Positions 33,834-50,663 are shown, numbered from the stretch's first letter. The stretch: DNA of 64,000 nt from Escherichia coli (GCF_050920415.1 NZ_CP169309.1), one strand, 5' to 3'. Notes: generated by a model from the sequence alone, not told the origin. A program made the numbers and translations.

Positions 33834-35207
33834 TTACTGCGCGGCTTCCGCTTTCTTCGCTAGCCCATCCAGCAGTTTCTGATGAATTCCACCAAAACCG
33901 CCGTTGCTCATCACCAGAATATGGTCGCCAGGCTGAGCGGTTTTCACCACCATATCTGCCAGCGTATCAACATCGCCACTCCAGTGTGCAGGCTGAACGC
34001 AGGCTTCTGCCACTTCTGCGACCTGCCACGGAATATGCGCCGGTTGCAGCAGGAAGACTTCATCGGCACGACCTAATGAAGGTGCCAAATCGTCTTTGCA
34101 GATCCCCATTTTCATGGTGTTTGAGCGCGGTTCCAGCACGGCAATAATGCGCGCCGTACCGCCAACTTTGCCGCGCAGCGCAGCCAGCGTTGCCAGAATC
34201 GCCGTCGGGTGATGGGCAAAATCGTCATACACCGTCACGCCATTTGCTTCACCGCGCAACTCCAGACGACGACGAGCGTTAATAAACGAACCCAGCGCGT
34301 TAGCAGCATCTGCCGGCGCTACGCCAACATGACGGGCCGCCGCAATCGCCATCAGGCCGTTATGCATATTATGTTCGCCCACCAGCGACCATTTCACTTC
34401 GCCCACTTTTTCGCCATCCAGCAAGACTTCCCATTCGGAAGCGTCAGTGGTCAGCTTTTTCGCCTGCCAGTGCCCCTGCTCGCCCACCAGCTCCTGCTCG
34501 CTCCAGCAGCCCATCGCCATGGTTTGTTTCAGGTTGATGTCGTTTTCCGGCCAGATAATACGCCCCTGCCCCGGAACGATACGCACCAGATGGTGGAACT
34601 GTTTCTGGATCGCTTTCAGGTCGTCAAAGATATCGGCATGATCGAACTCAAGGTTGTTGAGGATCAGCGTACGCGGGCAGTAATGGACAAATTTAGAGCG
34701 TTTGTCGAAGAAGGCGCAGTCATACTCATCCGCTTCGATAACAAAGAAGTCGCTTTCGCCTAAACGTGCCGAAACGTCAAAGTTCCCCGGAACACCGCCG
34801 ATCACAAAACCCGGTTTATAGCCACACTGTTCCAGAATCCAGGTCGCCATTCCCGCGGTGGTGGTTTTGCCGTGTGTACCGGCAACGGCCAACACCCAGC
34901 GGTCACGCAGCACAAAATCGTGCAGCCACTGCGGGCCAGACATATAAGGGATGTTTTTTTCCAGTACCGCTTCCACACACGGATTTCCACGGGTCATGGC
35001 GTTGCCAATGATCACCAGATCCGGCTGCGGGTCGAGCTGGCTGGCATCGTAACCCTGAATCAGTTCAATGCCTTGCTTCTCAAGTAAGGTGCTCATCGGC
35101 GGATACACATTGGCGTCCGAACCCGTTACTTCATGGCCTAACTGGCGCGCCAGCATCGCCAGACCGCCCATAAATGTGCCACAAATTCCTAAAATATGAA
35201 TGCGCAT
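33834..35207 (-). CDS. mpl: UDP-N-acetylmuramate:L-alanyl-gamma-D-glutamyl-meso-diaminopimelate ligase
   Basis: 457-aa Mur ligase family ORF MRIHILGICGTFMGGLAMLARQLGHEVTGSD. Confidence 0.95.
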   Translation of the reverse strand: MRIHILGICGTFMGGLAMLARQLGHEVTGSDANVYPPMSTLLEKQGIELIQGYDASQLDPQPDLVIIGNAMTRGNPCVEAVLEKNIPYMSGPQWLHDFVLRDRWVLAVAGTHGKTTTAGMATWILEQCGYKPGFVIGGVPGNFDVSARLGESDFFVIEADEYDCAFFDKRSKFVHYCPRTLILNNLEFDHADIFDDLKAIQKQFHHLVRIVPGQGRIIWPENDINLKQTMAMGCWSEQELVGEQGHWQAKKLTTDASEWEVLLDGEKVGEVKWSLVGEHNMHNGLMAIAAARHVGVAPADAANALGSFINARRRLELRGEANGVTVYDDFAHHPTAILATLAALRGKVGGTARIIAVLEPRSNTMKMGICKDDLAPSLGRADEVFLLQPAHIPWQVAEVAEACVQPAHWSGDVDTLADMVVKTAQPGDHILVMSNGGFGGIHQKLLDGLAKKAEAAQ

Positions 35208-35382
35208 ACGTCACTATCCTTTTTTAATCTGCCGCTCATTTTACGCATATGTCGGGCAAGTGAGAAACGCATTTCAGGATAATCCGTAATTTGCTGGCGC
35301 GATTCACCTGAGCGCGACATTGAGATTATTTGTTAAGATTGTTGCGGTCGCTTTACTCCATAAACATTGCAGGGAAAGTTTT

Positions 35383-36381
35383 ATGAAAACGTTAGGTGAA
35401 TTTATTGTCGAAAAGCAGCACGAGTTTTCTCATGCTACCGGTGAGCTCACTGCTTTGCTGTCGGCAATAAAACTGGGCGCCAAGATTATCCATCGCGATA
35501 TCAACAAAGCAGGACTGGTTGATATCCTGGGTGCCAGCGGTGCTGAGAACGTGCAGGGCGAGGTTCAGCAGAAACTCGACTTGTTCGCTAATGAAAAACT
35601 GAAAGCCGCACTGAAAGCACGCGATATCGTTGCGGGCATTGCCTCTGAAGAAGAAGATGAGATTGTCGTCTTTGAAGGCTGTGAACACGCAAAATACGTG
35701 GTGCTGATGGACCCACTGGATGGCTCGTCCAACATCGATGTTAACGTCTCTGTCGGTACCATTTTCTCCATTTACCGCCGCGTTACGCCTGTTGGTACGC
35801 CGGTAACGGAAGAAGACTTCCTCCAGCCTGGTAACAAACAGGTTGCGGCAGGTTACGTGGTATACGGCTCCTCTACCATGTTGGTTTACACCACCGGATG
35901 CGGTGTTCACGCCTTTACTTACGATCCTTCGCTTGGCGTTTTCTGCCTGTGCCAGGAACGGATGCGCTTCCCGGAGAAAGGCAAAACCTACTCCATCAAC
36001 GAAGGGAACTACATTAAGTTTCCAAACGGGGTGAAGAAGTACATTAAATTCTGCCAGGAAGAAGATAAGTCTACCAACCGCCCGTATACCTCACGTTATA
36101 TCGGTTCACTGGTCGCGGATTTCCACCGTAACCTGCTGAAAGGTGGGATTTATCTCTACCCAAGCACCGCCAGCCACCCGGACGGTAAACTGCGTTTACT
36201 GTATGAGTGCAACCCGATGGCGTTCCTCGCGGAACAAGCGGGCGGTAAAGCGAGCGATGGCAAAGAGCGTATTCTGGATATCATCCCGGAAACCCTGCAC
36301 CAGCGCCGTTCGTTCTTTGTCGGCAATGACCATATGGTTGAAGATGTCGAACGCTTTATCCGTGAGTTCCCGGACGCGTAA
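35383..36381 (+). CDS. fbp: Fructose-1,6-bisphosphatase class 1
   Basis: 332-aa ORF from ATG at 35383 ([15 protein letters not shown]...). Confidence 0.95.
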
Positions 36382-36413
36382 TCTCCTGCGCCTCTCCACA
36401 CGGAGAGGCGTTA

Positions 36414-37409
36414 TTATTCCTGCGCAATATTGATTCTTGTCACTGGCGAACTCTGGCGATTCTCCCACAGCACCGTTAATCCACGCTGTAAGGCAATAAA
36501 AATGAACAGCAAAATGCCGATAGCGATTTTCGTCCACCATGAGCTCAGCGTGCCATCAAAGTTTATGTAAGTCTGAATTAGCCCCTGAATCGCCACGCCA
36601 AAAAGCGTCCCTAATACCGTTCCAACGCCGCCGCTCAAAAGTGTACCGCCAATCACCACCGACGCGATAGCGTCCAGTTCCACACCTACGCCCGCCAGCG
36701 CATATCCAGCCTGGGTATAAATCGAGAAGACTATCCCCGCCAGTGTTGCCAGCCCGGTGGAGAGCATATAAATGCGTATAGTGGTGCTGCGAGTGGAAAT
36801 CCCCATCAGGTTCGCCGACGTCGCGTTGCCACCAATGGCATATACCTGATTACCAAAACGGGTACGATGCGCGAGGAATATGCCGATAACTACCACCGCC
36901 AGCATCAGTAGCCCCATCGCACTTAAGCGACCGCCGCCAGGGATTTTCCATGCAAGGCTTGAGAGCGTGTCATAAACAGGATGGTTTATCGGGATCGATT
37001 CTTCCGAAACGAGATAGCTGACGCCGCGCAAAAAGAACATTCCTGCCAGGGTAATGATAAACGCCGGGATCTTCAGGGCGTCGATCAGAAGCCCCATAAA
37101 TGCGCCGAAGGCACAGCCCATCACCAGCACCAGTGGAAACGCCAGCAGCGGCGAGAGGCCGAAATCGCCAATCACTTTTGCCAGAAACACGCCGGTAAAG
37201 GCGATCACCGAACCGACGGAGAGATCGATCCCACCGGAGAGGATCACAAAGGTCATGCCAACGGCGATGATCCCCAGAAAAGCGTTATCGGTCAGGATAT
37301 TGCAGATCACTCTTGTGGAAGCAAAACCGGGAAACTGCGTCAGACAGTAGAGATAACCCAGCACAAAGACGCCGATGGTGATCATAAGCGGCAGGTTACG
37401 TTTTATCAC
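36414..37409 (-). CDS. yjfF: Galactofuranose ABC transporter permease
   Basis: 331-aa polytopic membrane ORF; start overlaps ytfT stop. Confidence 0.85.
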   Translation of the reverse strand: MIKRNLPLMITIGVFVLGYLYCLTQFPGFASTRVICNILTDNAFLGIIAVGMTFVILSGGIDLSVGSVIAFTGVFLAKVIGDFGLSPLLAFPLVLVMGCAFGAFMGLLIDALKIPAFIITLAGMFFLRGVSYLVSEESIPINHPVYDTLSSLAWKIPGGGRLSAMGLLMLAVVVIGIFLAHRTRFGNQVYAIGGNATSANLMGISTRSTTIRIYMLSTGLATLAGIVFSIYTQAGYALAGVGVELDAIASVVIGGTLLSGGVGTVLGTLFGVAIQGLIQTYINFDGTLSSWWTKIAIGILLFIFIALQRGLTVLWENRQSSPVTRINIAQE

Positions 37410-38421
37410 GGCTACGCACTCCTTTAATCAGACTGATAAAGCGTTGCGACTGAACAATCAGCACGCAAAGCACCACCACTGCTTTCACTACCTGGTTCAT
37501 CTCTGGCGGAAAGCCAGAAAGTAAAATTCCGGTGTTCATCCCCTGAATAATCAGCGCCCCTACCACTGAGAGCAGCAGGTTAAAACGCCCGCCCATCAGC
37601 GATCCACCGCCAATCACCACCGCAAGAATGGCGTCCAGCTCCAGCCATAATCCGGCGTTGTTGGCATCGGCACCGCGAATATCCGCCGCCACGATAATGC
37701 CCGCAATCGCCGCACACAGCCCGCTCAACACATAAGTGAGCATGACGATGATTCGTGTGTTGACTCCGGCATTTTTTGCCGCCCGAATGTTGATACCAAC
37801 GGCTTCGATAAACATCCCCAGTGCCGTTTTGCGGGTCAACAGCCAGAAGAGGAGAAGCGTCAGTACCGCAATAATGACTGGTGTTGGCAGGAACACCAGC
37901 GATCCGCTGCCAAACCATGAGAGATCCGGCGAGTTAAACGTGACGATCTGTCCGGAGGTGATCAGTTGCGCCACGCCGCGCCCGGCGACCATCAGGATCA
38001 GGGTGGCGACAAACGGCTGAATTTTGAGGATCGCTACAAGTATGCCGTTCCACAACCCCGCCAGGATGCCGGTGCCCAGGGCGCTTAACAAAACAATCGG
38101 CAGGCTGAATCCCGCGACCGTCATCGCAGCCGTTGTGGCTCCGGCGATAGCCATCACCGCCCCTACGGAGAGATCGATACCACCGGTGGCGATAACCAGC
38201 GTCATACCGATAGCCAACAGCGCAACGGGTGCCGCACGGTTAAGAATGTCGATGGGGCTACCGAACAAACGCCCATCCTGAAGCACGACCTGCCAGAAAT
38301 GCGGGGCCACCAGGCTATCGACCAGCAGCACCAGCAATAGCGCCGCCAGCTGCGGCATTCCCGTTGGCCAGCGAAAGCGCCTTTTCGGCGGCGTAGTGTC
38401 CGGGAGAGATTGAGGCATCAC
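37396..38421 (-). CDS. ytfT: Galactofuranose ABC transporter permease
   Basis: Membrane ORF; GTG at 38421 gives 341 aa, ATG at 38418 is the alternative; track ORF starts at an upstream TTG. Confidence 0.8.
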   Translation of the reverse strand: MMPQSLPDTTPPKRRFRWPTGMPQLAALLLVLLVDSLVAPHFWQVVLQDGRLFGSPIDILNRAAPVALLAIGMTLVIATGGIDLSVGAVMAIAGATTAAMTVAGFSLPIVLLSALGTGILAGLWNGILVAILKIQPFVATLILMVAGRGVAQLITSGQIVTFNSPDLSWFGSGSLVFLPTPVIIAVLTLLLFWLLTRKTALGMFIEAVGINIRAAKNAGVNTRIIVMLTYVLSGLCAAIAGIIVAADIRGADANNAGLWLELDAILAVVIGGGSLMGGRFNLLLSVVGALIIQGMNTGILLSGFPPEMNQVVKAVVVLCVLIVQSQRFISLIKGVRSRDKT

Positions 38422-38431
38422 ACAGTTCTCC

Positions 38432-39934
38432 TTACGCCGCAATGGCGTTCATGATCGCCGGAACGGAAAGCTCTGCCAACGGGATCTCCGCAACCTGTTT
38501 GCGATCGCGCATGATAATCACCCGGTCGGCATAGCCCACCAGCTCTTCCAGTTCGGAGGAGATCACCAGCAGCGCCAGACCATCGGCGCATAGCGTTTCG
38601 ATCAGGCGGATGATCTCAGCGTGGGCGCCAACGTCAATGCCACGCGTTGGCTCGTCGAGGATCAGAAATTGCGGCCGGGTCAGTAGCCAGCGTGAGAGCA
38701 GCACTTTTTGCTGATTGCCACCGGAGAGAAACTCAATCGGCTGTTCGCTGGAAGGTGTGCGAATGCCAAGCTGGCGGATAAAGCGTTCGGCAATCTCTTG
38801 CTGTTCTTTGCGCGAAATTGGCCGTAACCAGCCGCGCTGGGCCTGGAGAGCGAGGATGATATTTTCCCGCACCGAGGCGGCGGCGATGATGCCATCGGTT
38901 TTCCTGTCTTCCGGGCAGAAGCCGATACCCAGTACCGAAGCCTGATGTGGCGATCGCAGGGTTTGCTGTTTGCCTTTGATCAACGCCGTGCCGCTGTCAG
39001 CAGGTTTGATCCCGAAGATCACTTCGGCGGTTTCGGTACGTCCTGATCCCAGCAAGCCTGCCAGGCCAACGATCTCGCCGGGGCGTACTTCGAGATCAAA
39101 CGGTGCGATCGTTCCTTTTTTGCCGTAATTTTTGAACGCGGCAACGGGTTTGTCGCTCAGCAATGTTCGTCCGGCACGCTGTAGCGCGTGGGTGTCCAGC
39201 TCGCGCCCCAGCATCATTTTTACCAGTTCGATCTGCGGTAGCTCGCGGGTTTCCCGACAGCCTACGAAACTGCCGTTGCGTAAGACGGTGATCCGATCGC
39301 TGACCTGATAGACCTGATCGAGAAAGTGAGTGACAAAGATCAGGCTGACGCCGCGATCGCGCAATTGACGCATCAGGCCAAACAGTAACTCTACTTCCTG
39401 AGTGTCGAGGCTGGCGGTGGGTTCATCGAGGATCAGCACTTTGGCGGAGAGATCGATGGCCCGGCAAATGGCGACGATTTGCTGCATCGCGACTGAAAAG
39501 CGGTTGAGCGGTTCCCGCACGTCGAGGGAGAAACCGTAAGATGCCATCAGTTCGGTGGCGCGCTTTTCCATCTCTTTACGGCGTAGAAGGCCGAAACGTT
39601 TGGGTTCGCGACCTATGAATAGATTATCAGCGACCGACATATTGGGTAGCAGGTTGACTTCCTGATAGACGGTGCCGATGCCGAGTTGTTGTGCGTGGGC
39701 GGTATTTTTCGGTGAGATAGTCTGGCCTTCCAGCCAGATGGTGCCACGATCGGCGTGGTAGACACCGGTTAATGCTTTGATTAGCGTTGATTTTCCCGCC
39801 CCGTTTTCACCGAGCAGCGCCATAATTTCACCACGGCGCAGGCTGAAATCAACGTTGTCTAACGCTTTGACGCCGGGGAAAAATTTACTTAATCCTTCGG
39901 TGCGGAGGATTTCCTGGTGTTGGTTAGTATTCAT
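38432..39934 (-). CDS. ytfR: Galactofuranose ABC transporter ATP-binding protein (duplicated ATPase)
   Basis: 500-aa ORF from ATG at 39934 (MNTNQHQEILRTEGLSKFF) with two Walker A motifs (GENGAGKST, GLLGSGRTE). Confidence 0.9.
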   Translation of the reverse strand: MNTNQHQEILRTEGLSKFFPGVKALDNVDFSLRRGEIMALLGENGAGKSTLIKALTGVYHADRGTIWLEGQTISPKNTAHAQQLGIGTVYQEVNLLPNMSVADNLFIGREPKRFGLLRRKEMEKRATELMASYGFSLDVREPLNRFSVAMQQIVAICRAIDLSAKVLILDEPTASLDTQEVELLFGLMRQLRDRGVSLIFVTHFLDQVYQVSDRITVLRNGSFVGCRETRELPQIELVKMMLGRELDTHALQRAGRTLLSDKPVAAFKNYGKKGTIAPFDLEVRPGEIVGLAGLLGSGRTETAEVIFGIKPADSGTALIKGKQQTLRSPHQASVLGIGFCPEDRKTDGIIAAASVRENIILALQAQRGWLRPISRKEQQEIAERFIRQLGIRTPSSEQPIEFLSGGNQQKVLLSRWLLTRPQFLILDEPTRGIDVGAHAEIIRLIETLCADGLALLVISSELEELVGYADRVIIMRDRKQVAEIPLAELSVPAIMNAIAA

Positions 39935-39954
39935 AGTTTCCCCCGTAGTAAAGC

Positions 39955-40060
39955 GTGCGCCAGATAAGACACAACAGCGTCGCATCAGGCATCTCGCACA
40001 ACCGCCGGATGCGGCGTGAATGCCTTATCCGGCGGCCCACAAGTCGGCATCAGGCATTGA
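39955..40060. repeat. REP cluster between ytfR and ytfQ
   Basis: cagataagacacaacagcgtcgcatcaggc ... gccggatgcggcgtgaatgccttatccggc. Confidence 0.85.
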
Positions 40061-40066
40061 TGCCCC

Positions 40067-41023
40067 TCAATACCCCATGTTTTTCTTCTTCTCTAACTCT
40101 TCTTTTGCAGTATCAGGCAGATAAAGGGTGGACTTGGTCAGGGTCAGCTTTTCAGGCAGGGTGCCGTCTTTTTTATATTTCTCCAGCGCATCAAAAGCGG
40201 GGCCTGCCATGTTCGGCGTCAGTTCAACGCTGGCGTTCGCTTCGCCATCAATCATCGCTTTGTAGATGTCCGGCACGCCGTCGATAGAGCCTGTCAGGAT
40301 ATCTTTGCCCGGTTTCAGGCCCGCTTCTTTAATTGCCTGAATTGCACCAATCACCATGTCATCGTTATGGGCGTAAACCATGCAGATGTTTTTGCCGTTG
40401 TTTTCCGCTTTGATAAAGCTCTCCATCACTTCTTTGCCTTTACTACGGGTAAAGTCACCTGACTGCGAGCGGATAATTTTGATATTTGGCGCATTCTTAA
40501 TGGCTTCGGCAAAGCCTTTCTTACGGTCAATGGCGACACTGGCCCCAACGGTGCCCTGCAGCTCCACCACGTTACACGGTTTGCCATTCACTTCTTTTAC
40601 CAGCCAGTCACCGATCAATTTGCCTTCGAGGATGTTGTCGGCAGTGACGGTGGTCATATAGAGAGATTTGTCTTTCACATCGATGGAACGGTCAAGCAAG
40701 AAGACCGGGATTTCGGCATCTTTCGCCTCTTTTAATACCGGCTCCCAACCGGTCGCTACCACCGGAGCGATAAAGATCGCATCCACCCCTTGCGCGACGA
40801 AGGAACGTACCGCTTTAATCTGGTTTTCCTGCTTTTGCTGACCATCGGCAATTTTCAACGTAATTCCGCGCTTTTCGGCTTCACTTTTCGCCACATTGGT
40901 TTCTGCGGCGCGCCAGCCGGATTCCGATCCGACCTGCGAAAATCCAACGGTTAATGGAGCAGCCAACGCCATAGACGACATGGCTGCCGAGACTGCAGAG
41001 ACTACAAGTAAGCGTTTCCACAT
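40067..41023 (-). CDS. ytfQ: Periplasmic galactofuranose-binding protein
   Basis: 318-aa ORF with signal peptide MWKRLLVVSAVSAAMSSMALAAP. Confidence 0.9.
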   Translation of the reverse strand: MWKRLLVVSAVSAAMSSMALAAPLTVGFSQVGSESGWRAAETNVAKSEAEKRGITLKIADGQQKQENQIKAVRSFVAQGVDAIFIAPVVATGWEPVLKEAKDAEIPVFLLDRSIDVKDKSLYMTTVTADNILEGKLIGDWLVKEVNGKPCNVVELQGTVGASVAIDRKKGFAEAIKNAPNIKIIRSQSGDFTRSKGKEVMESFIKAENNGKNICMVYAHNDDMVIGAIQAIKEAGLKPGKDILTGSIDGVPDIYKAMIDGEANASVELTPNMAGPAFDALEKYKKDGTLPEKLTLTKSTLYLPDTAKEELEKKKNMGY

Positions 41024-41332
41024 AGGGTTGTCCTCGTCGGGGTAATTATTATTGGTGAAAAGATGTTCGCGAAAAAACTATAGACAATTCGTTATGTAAC
41101 GGATTGCGTTACATCACACTTCAAAAAAGTAAATAAAACGTTAATCACAAGTTTGTAATCGCTTTCATCTCACTATGAAAAATGCGGCTACGGTTATGGA
41201 TTTTCCTGCTCTGTAAACCTTCTTAAAACTGGCGAAAAAGGAAAATGAAGACGAAAACAAGCGAAGACATTCGGCGCGAGTTGGCTATAATACTCGGCAC
41301 TTGTTTGCCACATATTTTTAAAGGAAACAGAC

Positions 41333-41863
41333 ATGAGCTTACTCAACGTCCCTGCGGGTAAAGATCTGCCGGAAGACATCTACGTTGTTATTGAGATCCC
41401 GGCTAACGCAGATCCGATCAAATACGAAATCGACAAAGAGAGCGGCGCACTGTTCGTTGACCGCTTCATGTCCACCGCGATGTTCTATCCGTGCAACTAC
41501 GGTTACATCAACCACACCCTGTCTCTGGACGGTGACCCGGTTGACGTACTGGTCCCGACTCCGTACCCGCTGCAGCCGGGTTCCGTGATTCGCTGCCGTC
41601 CGGTTGGCGTTCTGAAAATGACCGACGAAGCCGGTGAAGATGCGAAACTGATTGCTGTTCCGCACACCAAGCTGAGCAAAGAATACGATCACATCAAAGA
41701 CGTTAACGATCTGCCTGAACTGCTGAAAGCACAGATCGCTCACTTCTTCGAGCACTACAAAGACCTCGAAAAAGGCAAGTGGGTGAAAGTTGAAGGCTGG
41801 GAAAACGCAGAAGCCGCTAAAGCTGAAATCGTTGCCTCCTTCGAGCGCGCAAAGAATAAATAA
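41333..41863 (+). CDS. ppa: Inorganic pyrophosphatase
   Basis: 176-aa [41 protein letters not shown]. Confidence 0.97.
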   Translation: MSLLNVPAGKDLPEDIYVVIEIPANADPIKYEIDKESGALFVDRFMSTAMFYPCNYGYINHTLSLDGDPVDVLVPTPYPLQPGSVIRCRPVGVLKMTDEAGEDAKLIAVPHTKLSKEYDHIKDVNDLPELLKAQIAHFFEHYKDLEKGKWVKVEGWENAEAAKAEIVASFERAKNK

Positions 41864-41878
41864 GTTCTTCTAGTGCCA

Positions 41879-41917
41879 TAACCCTGAACGCCGGGCTTCG
41901 GTTAGTAAGGGTTTTTT
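41879..41917 (+). terminator. Probable ppa terminator
   Basis: aaccct ... agggtt stem followed by TTTTTT. Confidence 0.5.
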
Positions 41918-42210
41918 ATGCCCGCGATAAATAAACTGTCTATTCCCCTATCATTATTCTCAGCGCTTGCAAGGCTTGAACGGTAAGAACAAGCAAACAC
42001 GACCACCATTTTGCTGTTCATAGCCGCTTGCTGGAAATTAGCCGACCTCACTCATTCTCACCGTTCAAAGCATGCCCCCGTTTTACCCCTACGTAATTGT
42101 GAACGCCAGCAGAGTTTTTTATGCGTTTACGGATATGGAAAGCGGCTCGGAGAGAAAAGCTAAAGATAGGGAAGTTACAAAAAAAATCGCGAGATACATC
42201 GCATAAAACA

Positions 42211-42236
42211 ACGCCACCCGAAGGTGGCGTGCTTTT
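42211..42236. terminator. Hairpin terminator adjacent to ytfP 3' end
   Basis: gccacc cgaa ggtggc followed by T-rich tract. Confidence 0.6.
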
Positions 42237-42240
42237 ATTA

Positions 42241-42582
42241 TTACTTATCCCTGTCTAACCAGTCGCCGCTTTCAATTAGCTTTAATCCATCGACGGGTCG
42301 TTGATAAACGTACATCCATGCACTCCCGTACGGCGTCTGAATCAACTGGCGCGCGTATTCACCGCCCCTGGTGCGCAAGGCATCAAGTTCGGCCAGCGTG
42401 GCGTTGTCAATACGATAAACTTCACCGTGTACTGTTCCGTTCCCCGGAACTGCGCCTGGATAGTGGCCCAGGCTATACAACTGGTAGTTATCGATACTGA
42501 AATCGCCCAGTAACTGGGCATTGGTCATCCAGTGACTGTTGCCTTGTTTGTGGCGTAAACTGCCGTAGACAAATATTCGCAT
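42241..42582 (-). CDS. ytfP: Gamma-glutamylcyclotransferase-family protein
   Basis: 113-aa ORF MRIFVYGSLRHKQGNSHWM (GGCT-like YGSL motif). Confidence 0.9.
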   Translation of the reverse strand: MRIFVYGSLRHKQGNSHWMTNAQLLGDFSIDNYQLYSLGHYPGAVPGNGTVHGEVYRIDNATLAELDALRTRGGEYARQLIQTPYGSAWMYVYQRPVDGLKLIESGDWLDRDK

Positions 42583-42584
42583 TG

Positions 42585-48133
<5,549 letters not shown>

Positions 48134-48296
48134 TTAAACGGCTTAACAAAAATCCAGTAATATGGATTAAAAAGCAGACTAAACCCCAAATATTTCTTAT
48201 GTTTTACTTTAGACCTATTCACGGTGGTTATTGTGTGCAAATACGTCTCTTGTTACAACCTTAACCCCAATGACCGATTTTCGGGAGAGCGACACC

Positions 48297-48935
48297 ATGA
48301 GTTTATTTGATAAAAAGCATCTGGTTTCCCCCGCCGATGCCCTGCCTGGACGTAACACCCCGATGCCCGTAGCCACGCTGCATGCGGTCAATGGTCACTC
48401 AATGACCAATGTACCTGACGGAATGGAGATTGCCATTTTTGCGATGGGTTGTTTCTGGGGTGTGGAGCGTCTGTTCTGGCAGTTACCCGGCGTTTACAGC
48501 ACCGCCGCAGGTTACACCGGCGGATATACGCCAAACCCCACTTATCGGGAAGTGTGCTCCGGTGATACTGGTCATGCCGAAGCGGTACGCATTGTTTACG
48601 ATCCTTCCGTCATCAGCTATGAGCAGTTGCTACAGGTATTTTGGGAGAATCACGATCCCGCCCAGGGAATGCGTCAGGGCAATGACCACGGCACGCAGTA
48701 TCGTTCAGCGATTTATCCGCTGACCCCAGAACAGGATGCCGCCGCTCGTGCCAGTCTGGAGCGTTTTCAGGCGGCGATGCTTGCCGCCGATGACGATCGT
48801 CACATCACCACGGAAATCGCTAACGCCTCACCATTTTATTATGCCGAAGATGACCACCAGCAATATCTGCATAAAAACCCATATGGTTACTGTGGAATTG
48901 GCGGAATTGGCGTCTGTCTGCCGCCGGAAGCATAG
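48297..48935 (+). CDS. msrA: Peptide methionine sulfoxide reductase A
   Basis: 212-aa ORF from ATG at 48297 with GCFWG active-site motif. Confidence 0.95.
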   Translation: MSLFDKKHLVSPADALPGRNTPMPVATLHAVNGHSMTNVPDGMEIAIFAMGCFWGVERLFWQLPGVYSTAAGYTGGYTPNPTYREVCSGDTGHAEAVRIVYDPSVISYEQLLQVFWENHDPAQGMRQGNDHGTQYRSAIYPLTPEQDAAARASLERFQAAMLAADDDRHITTEIANASPFYYAEDDHQQYLHKNPYGYCGIGGIGVCLPPEA

Positions 48936-48974
48936 CGTTACGGTTACAAATTCAGATTGTTGATAAAGTGAGCT

Positions 48975-49095
48975 TTGTATATGCCGGATGCGGCGTAAAC
49001 GCCTTGCCAGGCCTACAAAACCCTCAAAATTCAATGCATTGCAGAGACTTCGTAGGCCTGAACAGCATAGCGCATCAGGCAGTTTTGCATTTATC
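48975..49095. repeat. REP cluster between msrA and ytfL
   Basis: gccggatgcggcgtaaacgccttgccaggcctaca ... gtaggcctgaacagcatagcgcatcaggc. Confidence 0.8.
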
Positions 49096-49257
49096 AGTCG
49101 TCTGAATTTTAACCCTCTGGCGACTTTACAGTACCTTACGCTATACTAGCCACTGAAAATGCCGGTTCACTTTCTTCGAATCGGCTTTCAATGTGTATTT
49201 CACACAAATTAATCAACTTCCCCTTCCGAGGATCTGGCCTGAAAGGTCGGATAAGAT

Positions 49258-50601
49258 ATGTTAAACAGTATTTTTGTCATACTCTGCTTGATCGCTGTAA
49301 GTGCGTTCTTCTCGATGTCCGAGATCTCACTTGCCGCTTCACGCAAAATCAAACTAAAACTGCTGGCTGATGAAGGCAATATAAATGCCCAACGCGTTCT
49401 GAATATGCAAGAAAATCCTGGCATGTTCTTTACCGTGGTACAAATCGGTCTTAACGCAGTGGCGATTCTCGGCGGTATTGTCGGTGATGCGGCGTTTTCT
49501 CCAGCTTTTCACAGCCTGTTCTCCCGCTATATGTCGGCGGAACTCTCTGAGCAACTGAGCTTTATTCTCTCTTTCTCGTTAGTAACTGGCATGTTTATCC
49601 TGTTTGCGGATTTAACTCCGAAACGCATCGGTATGATTGCGCCAGAAGCGGTGGCTTTGCGTATCATCAACCCGATGCGCTTCTGCCTGTACGTTTGCAC
49701 CCCGTTGGTGTGGTTCTTCAACGGCCTGGCGAACATGATCTTCCGTATCTTTAAACTGCCAATGGTACGTAAAGATGACATCACTTCTGATGACATCTAT
49801 GCAGTTGTGGAAGCAGGTGCACTGGCGGGCGTGTTACGTAAACAGGAACACGAGCTGATAGAAAACGTCTTTGAGCTGGAATCCCGTACCGTTCCGTCGT
49901 CAATGACACCGCGTGAAAACGTGATTTGGTTTGATCTCCACGAAGATGAGCAAAGTCTGAAGAATAAGGTGGCGGAACATCCGCACTCGAAATTTCTCGT
50001 CTGTAATGAAGATATTGACCACATCATCGGCTATGTCGATTCTAAAGACCTGCTGAACCGCGTGCTGGCTAACCAAAGCCTGGCACTGAACAGCGGCGTA
50101 CAAATTCGCAACACACTGATTGTGCCGGATACATTAACCCTTTCAGAGGCATTGGAAAGTTTTAAAACTGCGGGTGAAGACTTCGCGGTGATCATGAACG
50201 AGTACGCGCTGGTCGTTGGGATCATCACCCTCAACGACGTAATGACCACACTAATGGGCGATCTGGTCGGTCAGGGACTGGAAGAGCAGATTGTCGCCCG
50301 TGATGAGAACTCATGGTTGATTGATGGCGGCACCCCGATTGACGACGTAATGCGTGTGCTGGATATTGATGAGTTCCCGCAGTCAGGCAACTACGAAACC
50401 ATCGGCGGCTTTATGATGTTTATGCTGCGTAAAATCCCGAAACGCACCGACTCGGTGAAATTCGCCGGCTACAAATTTGAAGTGGTGGATATCGATAACT
50501 ACCGCATCGACCAGTTGCTGGTAACGCGGATCGACAGCAAGGCCACCGCCCTTTCGCCCAAACTGCCTGACGTTAAAGATAAAGAAGAAAACGTCGCGTA
50601 A
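49258..50601 (+). CDS. ytfL: CNNM/CorC-family membrane protein (DUF21-CBS-CorC)
   Basis: 447-aa ORF MLNSIFVILCLIAVSAFFSMSEISLAASRKIKLK. Confidence 0.9.
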   Translation: MLNSIFVILCLIAVSAFFSMSEISLAASRKIKLKLLADEGNINAQRVLNMQENPGMFFTVVQIGLNAVAILGGIVGDAAFSPAFHSLFSRYMSAELSEQLSFILSFSLVTGMFILFADLTPKRIGMIAPEAVALRIINPMRFCLYVCTPLVWFFNGLANMIFRIFKLPMVRKDDITSDDIYAVVEAGALAGVLRKQEHELIENVFELESRTVPSSMTPRENVIWFDLHEDEQSLKNKVAEHPHSKFLVCNEDIDHIIGYVDSKDLLNRVLANQSLALNSGVQIRNTLIVPDTLTLSEALESFKTAGEDFAVIMNEYALVVGIITLNDVMTTLMGDLVGQGLEEQIVARDENSWLIDGGTPIDDVMRVLDIDEFPQSGNYETIGGFMMFMLRKIPKRTDSVKFAGYKFEVVDIDNYRIDQLLVTRIDSKATALSPKLPDVKDKEENVA

Positions 50602-50616
50602 CCCCAAGAAACATCA

Positions 50617-50645
50617 ACGGCTCCTGAATCAGGAGCCGTCTTATT
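50617..50645. terminator. Bidirectional terminator between convergent ytfL and ytfK
   Basis: acggctcctgaatcaggagccgt perfect hairpin followed by T-rich tract. Confidence 0.8.
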
Positions 50646-50663
50646 TACTGCATAGCACTTTGG

